Source: an uncultured Planctomycetia bacterium
GTDB lineage: Bacteria; Omnitrophota; Gorgyraeia; Duberdicusellales; 4484-171
Assembly (NCBI GenBank): GCA_964629785.1
Contig: CAZVRU010000001.1
Span: forward strand, 34,018 to 98,017
DNA length: 64,000 nucleotides
Direction: 5' to 3'
In this document: piece after piece, positions 58,097 through 64,000 of the stretch
How positions within the stretch are numbered: position 1 is the stretch's first letter
How the letters are laid out: each line of letters starts with the position of its first letter
The notes under the pieces: model-generated
What the model was told of the DNA's origin: nothing
The model's input: the letters and a program-made list of their open reading frames with translations, nothing else
The model's database searches: none
Made by a program: the position numbers and the translations under genes

Positions 58097-61000
58097 ATCT
58101 TTATCTCCTTTTCGGCGCGCACGTCCAGACACAATCCCTGCAGCTCCTTCATCAATACATTGAACGATTCCGGCACCGAAGGTTTGAATTTCTGTTCACC
58201 GCGAACGATCGCCTCATAGATCCTGGTCCTTCCTTCCACGTCATCGCTCTTTACGGTAAGCATTTCCTGAAGAGTAAAGGCAGCACCGTAAGCTTCCAAA
58301 GCCCATACTTCCATTTCCCCGAAACGCTGTCCGCCGAACTGGGCTTTTCCTCCCAGCGGCTGCTGGGTTATCAGCGAATAGGGACCGATAGCCCGGGCAT
58401 GGATCTTGTCGTCCACCATATGCACCAGCTTAAGAACATACATATATCCTACGGCTACTTTCTGGGCAAAAGGTTTACCGCTGAACCCGTCATGAAGAGT
58501 CACTTTGCCGTCCTCCGGTAAATCAGCCTTTCTAAGAAGCTCCCGCATCTTTTCTTCAGTCACTCCTTCGAATACCGGAGTGGCGACCTTGATCCCCAGA
58601 CGTTTTGCCGCCCAGCCCAGATGAGTCTCCAGGAGCTGTCCGACATTCATACGGGAAGGAACGCCGAGAGGATTAAGTACTACGTCTACCGGCGTACCGT
58701 CGGCAAGAAAAGGCATATCCTCTTCAGGCAGAATACGGGCGATAACACCCTTGTTCCCGTGGCGGCCGGAAAGTTTGTCTCCGACCGAGATCTTTCTTTT
58801 CATGGCCACATAAACGACCACCCGCTTTAAAACACCGGCAGGAAGCTCGTCGCCTTTTTTGATCTTGGCGGTTTCCAGCTCCATCTCCATATCCAGTTCC
58901 TGAAGACGCTCTTCATAAATAGCGTTCAGGGCCCTGGCTTCCTCATCCTCTTCGATATCGCGATCGGTTATCTTTGCTTCGGACTTGTTCAGGATGCCGG
59001 ACAATCTCTGAAGACGCTCTTTTTCCACCAGCTCTTTTTCCTCGGTGTAATATTTATCTATCTGACGCAATTTCCGCAGCTCTTCGGTCTTTTCCTTTTT
59101 AGACTTGCGGCCGCGCTCTTTGCGCTGAAACACTTCTACGTTGATGATCACACCATTGATCCCGGGCGGAACCCGCAGAGAAGAATCTTTTACGTCAGCC
59201 GCTTTTTCGCCGAAAATCGCGCGCAGCAGGCGCTCTTCAGGCGAAAGCTCTTTTTCGGTCTTGGGCGTAACCCTGCCTACCAGGATATCATCAGGCATTA
59301 CTTCAGCGCCGACCCTGATAATACCCTTATCATCGAGATTCTTCAAAGCCTCTTCGCTGACATTGGGGATATCCCTGGTTATTTCTTCATTACCCAGGCG
59401 GGTTTCCCTGGCTTCCATCTCGAATTTTTCGACATGTACCGAGGTCAAAGCGTCTTCTTTGACCAGACGCTCATTAATCACGATAGCATCTTCGAAGTTA
59501 TATCCCCGCCAGGACATAAAAGCAACAAGAAGATTGCGGCCCAGGGCCAGTTCACCGTTATGAGTCGCCATACCGTCGGCAATTACATCACCTTTGCGCA
59601 CTGTATCGCCTCTATTGACCAGAGGACGCTGATTGATGGCGGTATCGGCATTGGAACGGTGGAATTTTTTCATATTATATATGAATTTACCTACTTTAAT
59701 ATGCGACGCATCGACCTCGTCCACTGTGCCCGATTCTTTTGCCGATACCAGAGCGCCGCTCTCTTTAGCTACCTTTAATTCAGCGCCGGTGGCGACATAG
59801 GGTTCTTCGGGAAATAAAAGAGGTACTGACTGGCGCTGCATGTTGGAACCCATAAGAGCGCGGTTAGCATCATCATGCTCCAGAAAAGGTATGCAGGCCG
59901 CAGCCACGGAAACGATCTGTTTGGTGGAAATATCCATATATTCCACCTGCTTGGGGTCTACCTTGGGGAATTTGCCCTTGTAGCGGCAATAGATCTTTTT
60001 ATCGAGTATAGTGCCGTCTTCGCTTATATTAGAAGATACCTGGGCGATCATTCTCACTTCTTCTTCGTCGGAAGTAAGATATTCTATCTTATCCAGAACC
60101 TTGCCGTCTTCGACTTTACGGTAGGGCGTAATAAGAAATCCCAGCGGGTTGATGCGGACATAGGAAGTAAGCGAAGTGAGAAGACCGATATTAGGGCCTT
60201 CCGGTGTTTCGATCGGACATATTCTTCCATAATGCGAAGGGTGCACGTCGCGCACTTCGAACCCGGCCCTTTCCCGGGAAAGACCGCCCGGCCCCATAGC
60301 CGAAAGACGTCGTTTATGCGTTATCTCGGCCAGAGGATTGGTCTGGTCCATAAACTGCGACAAAGGACTGCGGGCGAAGAAATCGTGCAACTGCACGGAA
60401 AAAGCCCGTGAATTTATCAAATGCTGAATGGAAAAATCAGTATTCGATACCAGAGAACAACGTTCGGCAAAAGTACGTTCGACCCGCAAAAGTCCGATAC
60501 GCACCTGGTGCTGAAGCAGTTCACCGATAAGCTTGGTCCTGCGGTTTGACAGATGATCGATATCGTCTATCTCTCTTTCCCCGCCTTTAACTTTAAGCAG
60601 GGTCTTAATGATCTCGACCACTGTTTCCTGGTCTATGATCCGTTTGCTCAAAGAAACATTGGCATTTAATTTTTTGTTAAGGAGGTACCGACCGATCCGG
60701 GCCAGATCATAGCGCCGGGGATCGAGGAACATGCGTTTAAACACTTCCTTGGCCGCTTCCAGGGTTATCGGTTCGGTAGGTCTCATCTTTTTATAAAAAT
60801 CAAGATAAGCCTCTTCTTTGTTTTTGGTGGAATCTTTTTTTACGGTATTGACTATTTCCGGATAGGGTTTATCGGAAAATATTTTATATATGTCTTCGTT
60901 GGTGGAAAGGCCCAGAATACGCAGAACCTGAGTGGCAGGAAACGACTTGCGGCGGTCGATGATCGCAGTGATCGTATCAGTGACGTCACAGCGGAATTCC

Positions 61001-61512
61001 AGCCAATACCCGCGGTAAGGGATGATCCGCGCATAGTAAAGACGCTTACCCGTGGGATGCAGTTCTTCTTCAAAAAATACGCCGGGCGAACGCTGCAGCT
61101 GGCTGACAATAGCCCGTTCATCTCCGTTGATGATGAACGAACCTATATCGGTCATCAAAGGGATGTCTCCCAGATAGATCTCCTGTTCTTTGACTATATT
61201 GTCCTGGCCGACGAGCCGCAGACGGACCCGCAGGGCAGAAGCAAAAGTCTGAGAACGGCGCTTGCATTCTTCGGCATTATAGCGGGGTCTGCTCAGCGCG
61301 TAGGAAACGAATTCCAGCTGATACTGTTTATCAGGAGATTCCATGGGGAATACTTCATTGAATATCTCCTGCAAACCGACGTTCTTCCTCTTTTCAGGGA
61401 CTACATCCATCTGCAAGAACTGCTTAAACGAACTAAGCTGATGCTCAAGCAGATGAGGCATCGGGTGATCTTTCTTTGTTCTGGAAAAGACCTCTCTTTT
61501 CACCCACTTCAT
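58093..61512 (-). CDS. rpoB: DNA-directed RNA polymerase subunit beta
   Basis: 1139 aa. [67 protein letters not shown]. Confidence 0.98.
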   Translation of the reverse strand: MKWVKREVFSRTKKDHPMPHLLEHQLSSFKQFLQMDVVPEKRKNVGLQEIFNEVFPMESPDKQYQLEFVSYALSRPRYNAEECKRRSQTFASALRVRLRLVGQDNIVKEQEIYLGDIPLMTDIGSFIINGDERAIVSQLQRSPGVFFEEELHPTGKRLYYARIIPYRGYWLEFRCDVTDTITAIIDRRKSFPATQVLRILGLSTNEDIYKIFSDKPYPEIVNTVKKDSTKNKEEAYLDFYKKMRPTEPITLEAAKEVFKRMFLDPRRYDLARIGRYLLNKKLNANVSLSKRIIDQETVVEIIKTLLKVKGGEREIDDIDHLSNRRTKLIGELLQHQVRIGLLRVERTFAERCSLVSNTDFSIQHLINSRAFSVQLHDFFARSPLSQFMDQTNPLAEITHKRRLSAMGPGGLSRERAGFEVRDVHPSHYGRICPIETPEGPNIGLLTSLTSYVRINPLGFLITPYRKVEDGKVLDKIEYLTSDEEEVRMIAQVSSNISEDGTILDKKIYCRYKGKFPKVDPKQVEYMDISTKQIVSVAAACIPFLEHDDANRALMGSNMQRQSVPLLFPEEPYVATGAELKVAKESGALVSAKESGTVDEVDASHIKVGKFIYNMKKFHRSNADTAINQRPLVNRGDTVRKGDVIADGMATHNGELALGRNLLVAFMSWRGYNFEDAIVINERLVKEDALTSVHVEKFEMEARETRLGNEEITRDIPNVSEEALKNLDDKGIIRVGAEVMPDDILVGRVTPKTEKELSPEERLLRAIFGEKAADVKDSSLRVPPGINGVIINVEVFQRKERGRKSKKEKTEELRKLRQIDKYYTEEKELVEKERLQRLSGILNKSEAKITDRDIEEDEEARALNAIYEERLQELDMEMELETAKIKKGDELPAGVLKRVVVYVAMKRKISVGDKLSGRHGNKGVIARILPEEDMPFLADGTPVDVVLNPLGVPSRMNVGQLLETHLGWAAKRLGIKVATPVFEGVTEEKMRELLRKADLPEDGKVTLHDGFSGKPFAQKVAVGYMYVLKLVHMVDDKIHARAIGPYSLITQQPLGGKAQFGGQRFGEMEVWALEAYGAAFTLQEMLTVKSDDVEGRTRIYEAIVRGEQKFKPSVPESFNVLMKELQGLCLDVRAEKEIKI

Positions 61513-61536
61513 AATTTATTTCTCCTGGTTAAAACC

Positions 61537-61923
61537 TTACTTTAATTCGACAGTCGCTCCGGCAGCTTCCAGCTTTTTCTTGATCTCTTCGGCTTCTTCT
61601 TTGGAAATGTTCTCTTTCACTTCTTTGGGAGAGGAATCAACCAGTTCCTTGGCTTCCTTCAAACCAAGTTCGGTAATGGCGCGGATCTCTTTGATCACGG
61701 CGATCTTGTTGCCGCCCGCTTCCTTCAGCACGACTGTGAACGAGGTCTTTTCTTCGGCTTCTTCAGCAGCTGCTCCGGCACCGGCCATTGGCATCATTCC
61801 CGCAGCCATAACCGGGGCGCTTGCCGATACGCCGAATTTCTCTTCGCATTGTTTGACCAGATCTGATAATTCAAGGACTGTCATTTCTTCCAATGCTTTC
61901 AAGACTTCTTCCACCTTTGACAT
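61537..61923 (-). CDS. rplL: 50S ribosomal protein L7/L12
   Basis: 128 aa. Ala/Gly-rich hinge and C-terminal [10 protein letters not shown]...[20 protein letters not shown]. Confidence 0.97.
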   Translation of the reverse strand: MSKVEEVLKALEEMTVLELSDLVKQCEEKFGVSASAPVMAAGMMPMAGAGAAAEEAEEKTSFTVVLKEAGGNKIAVIKEIRAITELGLKEAKELVDSSPKEVKENISKEEAEEIKKKLEAAGATVELK

Positions 61924-61943
61924 GATAACCTCCTTTTTCCTGA

Positions 61944-62477
61944 TTAAGCTGATTTTTTCTTTTTAATTTCTTCCAGGGCCCAGACAAATTTCTGGGGTAT
62001 CTGATTCAACGCGGCCAAAAATCCCGTCAAGGGAGAGGCGATAGCCGATACGGCCATCCCCAAAAGGATATTTTTGGGAGGAAGCGAGGCAAGATTGGTA
62101 ATATCATTCTCATCCAGCTTTCTTTCCTGTATATAGCCGCCCCGCACTACCACGGCGTTCTCTTTTTCTTTGGAAAAATCGACCAGAGCCTTGCAGGTCA
62201 GGGCTATATCCTCGCCCTGGACGAAAACGACACCGGTGGAATCATGTAAAAAAGTATCCACATCTTCCCGTCCCAATTTCTGAAAGGCTCTTTTGATAAG
62301 TGTGTTCTTAGACAAAAGGATCCGCGTATCGGATTTGTGAAGGTCATTGCGCAGCATATTGAAATCGAACGCGGTCAGATTATTTACTCCCAGGAACAAA
62401 CAGGCAGTAGAATTAGAAAAGCCCTGTTCGATCTCCTCGACGATCTTTTCACGACAGATTAAACCAAGTTTCTTCAT
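61944..62477 (-). CDS. rplJ: 50S ribosomal protein L10
   Basis: 177 aa. It sits between rplA and rplL. Motifs: [13 protein letters not shown] and the helical C-terminal L12-binding region. Confidence 0.9.
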   Translation of the reverse strand: MKKLGLICREKIVEEIEQGFSNSTACLFLGVNNLTAFDFNMLRNDLHKSDTRILLSKNTLIKRAFQKLGREDVDTFLHDSTGVVFVQGEDIALTCKALVDFSKEKENAVVVRGGYIQERKLDENDITNLASLPPKNILLGMAVSAIASPLTGFLAALNQIPQKFVWALEEIKKKKSA

Positions 62478-63160
62478 ACTACACCTTCGATCTTTAAACT
62501 GGGGCTCATGGTCAATGAGATATAAGACGCCTTTATGAAATCGCCTTTTACCGTAGCCGGGCGCGCCGTATTCAGGGCCGTGAGAAAAGCACTGACATTA
62601 TCGACAAGCGCTTCCTGGGAAAAAGATATTTTGCCTACCCCGGCCTGAATGGCACCGGTCTTATCCATACGGAAATCTATTTTCCCTTTTTTGGCTTCAT
62701 TTACGGCAAAACCCAGGTTCTCAGTCACGCTGCCGGTCTTAGGCGAAGGCATAAGGCCACGCGGCCCCAGCACTTTACCCAGACGGCTGACCACCTTCAT
62801 CATCTGAGGAGTGGAAATGCAATAATCAAAATCAAGCCAGTTCTGCTTGCTTATTTTTTCCACCATATCTTCGCCGCCCACATAATCGGCCCCGGCATCT
62901 TTGGCATCCTTCTCCTTTTCCGGTTCACAAAACACAAGTACCCGGACTTTTTTTCCGGTACCATGGGGAAGAACCGTGGATCCTCTGACCATCTGATCCG
63001 ATTTCTTGGGATCGACATTAAGATTACAGGCGATCTCCACGGTCTGGTCGAACTTGGTCTGCGGCAGCTTTTTCAGCAGATCTATCGCTTCCGCGACCGC
63101 ATATACTTTGTTCCTGTCAACCAACCCTTCTGCTGCCTTGTAATTCTTTCCGCGCTTCAT
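62474..63160 (-). CDS. rplA: 50S ribosomal protein L1
   Basis: [34 protein letters not shown]. Confidence 0.97.
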   Translation of the reverse strand: MKRGKNYKAAEGLVDRNKVYAVAEAIDLLKKLPQTKFDQTVEIACNLNVDPKKSDQMVRGSTVLPHGTGKKVRVLVFCEPEKEKDAKDAGADYVGGEDMVEKISKQNWLDFDYCISTPQMMKVVSRLGKVLGPRGLMPSPKTGSVTENLGFAVNEAKKGKIDFRMDKTGAIQAGVGKISFSQEALVDNVSAFLTALNTARPATVKGDFIKASYISLTMSPSLKIEGVV

Positions 63161-63162
63161 CT

Positions 63163-63597
63163 TTATTCCTTTACTTTGATACCGCAGCTGCGTGCGGTCC
63201 CTTTGATTATCTTTATGGCCTGTTCTATGTCCACGCTATTCAAATCCTTCATCTTCAGCTCGGCTATCTCCCTTACCTGATCGATAGTCACCTCGCCGAT
63301 AATATCTTTACCGGGGTTGTTGCTGGCTTTGGCCAGATTGGCCGCCCGTTTCAGCAGAATCGAAGCAGGAGGGCTCTTGATGATAAAATCGAAAGACTTG
63401 TCTTCATAGACATTGATGACCACGGGCAGGATCAATCCTTCTTTGCCCCTGGTCGCGTCATTATAGGCTTTGCAGAACTGCATGATATTGACGCCATGCT
63501 GACCCAGGGCCGGACCTACCGGAGGAGCGGGATTTGCCGCACCGGCCGGTATCTGCAACTTGATCAATGAAACCGGGGTTTTCTTTTTCTTTGCCAT
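63163..63597 (-). CDS. rplK: 50S ribosomal protein L11
   Basis: [35 protein letters not shown]. Confidence 0.97.
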   Translation of the reverse strand: MAKKKKTPVSLIKLQIPAGAANPAPPVGPALGQHGVNIMQFCKAYNDATRGKEGLILPVVINVYEDKSFDFIIKSPPASILLKRAANLAKASNNPGKDIIGEVTIDQVREIAELKMKDLNSVDIEQAIKIIKGTARSCGIKVKE

Positions 63598-63598
63598 G

Positions 63599-64000
63599 TT
63601 AAATTTTCTCCACTTGCCAGAATTCCAATTCTACCGGGGTCGTTCTTCCGAAAATCGACACGCTGACCTTCAGCTTGCCTTTTTCCATATTCACCTCATC
63701 GACCACTCCGGTAAAATTGACAAAAGGTCCTTCTACGACTCGCACGCTCTCACCCTTCTCAAAAGAGACTTTGGGAGCGGGCTTTGACTTGCTTTCCTCT
63801 GCTTTTTTCAATATCTTGCAGACTTCATCCTCAGAGATCGGCGCCGGTTTGCGGCCGGGACCGATAAAATTAGCCACACCGGGAGTCTTTTTGATAAAAA
63901 CACAGGTCTCATCATTCAAATCCATGTGGACCAGAAGATAGCCGGGAAGGAACTTGCGTTCCAGCACACGTTTTTTCCCCAAACGGACCTCGGTCACCTG
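63599..64000 (-). CDS. nusG: Transcription termination/antitermination factor NusG (N-terminus lies beyond the window)
   Basis: [14 protein letters not shown]... and the KOW region [51 protein letters not shown]. The reading frame is open to the window edge. Confidence 0.9.
   Translation of the reverse strand, partial: QVTEVRLGKKRVLERKFLPGYLLVHMDLNDETCVFIKKTPGVANFIGPGRKPAPISEDEVCKILKKAEESKSKPAPKVSFEKGESVRVVEGPFVNFTGVVDEVNMEKGKLKVSVSIFGRTTPVELEFWQVEKI

Overview
The window is a bacterial chromosomal segment using the standard genetic code (TGA serves as a stop, for example in ATGA stop/start overlaps). Every gene I can support, about 70 CDS, lies on the minus strand. All long plus-strand ORFs look like antisense shadows.

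Right half (34-64 kb). This is one almost gap-free array of core genes: nusG (5' end cut by the window), rplK-rplA-rplJ-rplL, rpoB-rpoC, rpsL-rpsG-fusA-tuf, the S10/spc/alpha ribosomal-protein blocks (rpsJ through rplQ, including secY-adk-map-rpmJ), then an aminotransferase. No rpmD (L30) or infA is present at the usual positions.

Left half (1-34 kb). This is a mixed metabolic and signalling region containing:
- a signal-anchored coiled-coil protein of more than 967 aa that runs off the window and is missing from the ORF track
- a CPA2 antiporter fused to a PTS-EIIA(Ntr)-like domain
- exonuclease III, a chemoreceptor (MCP), and two tandem Na/Pi-cotransporter-PhoU paralogs
- an M42 peptidase and a degenerate MBL-fold protein
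- a CheR methyltransferase with an extra N-terminal ComFB-like domain
- glnA followed by a GAF-ANTAR regulator
- a three-gene envelope module, gdhA, and an NfnAB/GltD-like pair
- a tightly packed six-gene operon: receiver, GAF-HD-GYP, three lipid/glycosyl enzymes, pcm
- an icd-mdh-flavoprotein disulfide reductase trio, and pilT

Most unusual non-coding signal. Two 48-nt direct repeats (47/48 identical) bracket a two-gene module made of a CobO-like adenosyltransferase and a small membrane protein. Each repeat is embedded in arrays of degenerate 7-bp tandem repeats. They sit in the two longest non-coding gaps of the window. Next to one copy is a promoter plus terminator leader upstream of the NfnAB-like operon.

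No tRNA, rRNA, CRISPR array, transposase or integrase was seen. Taxon is not assigned.
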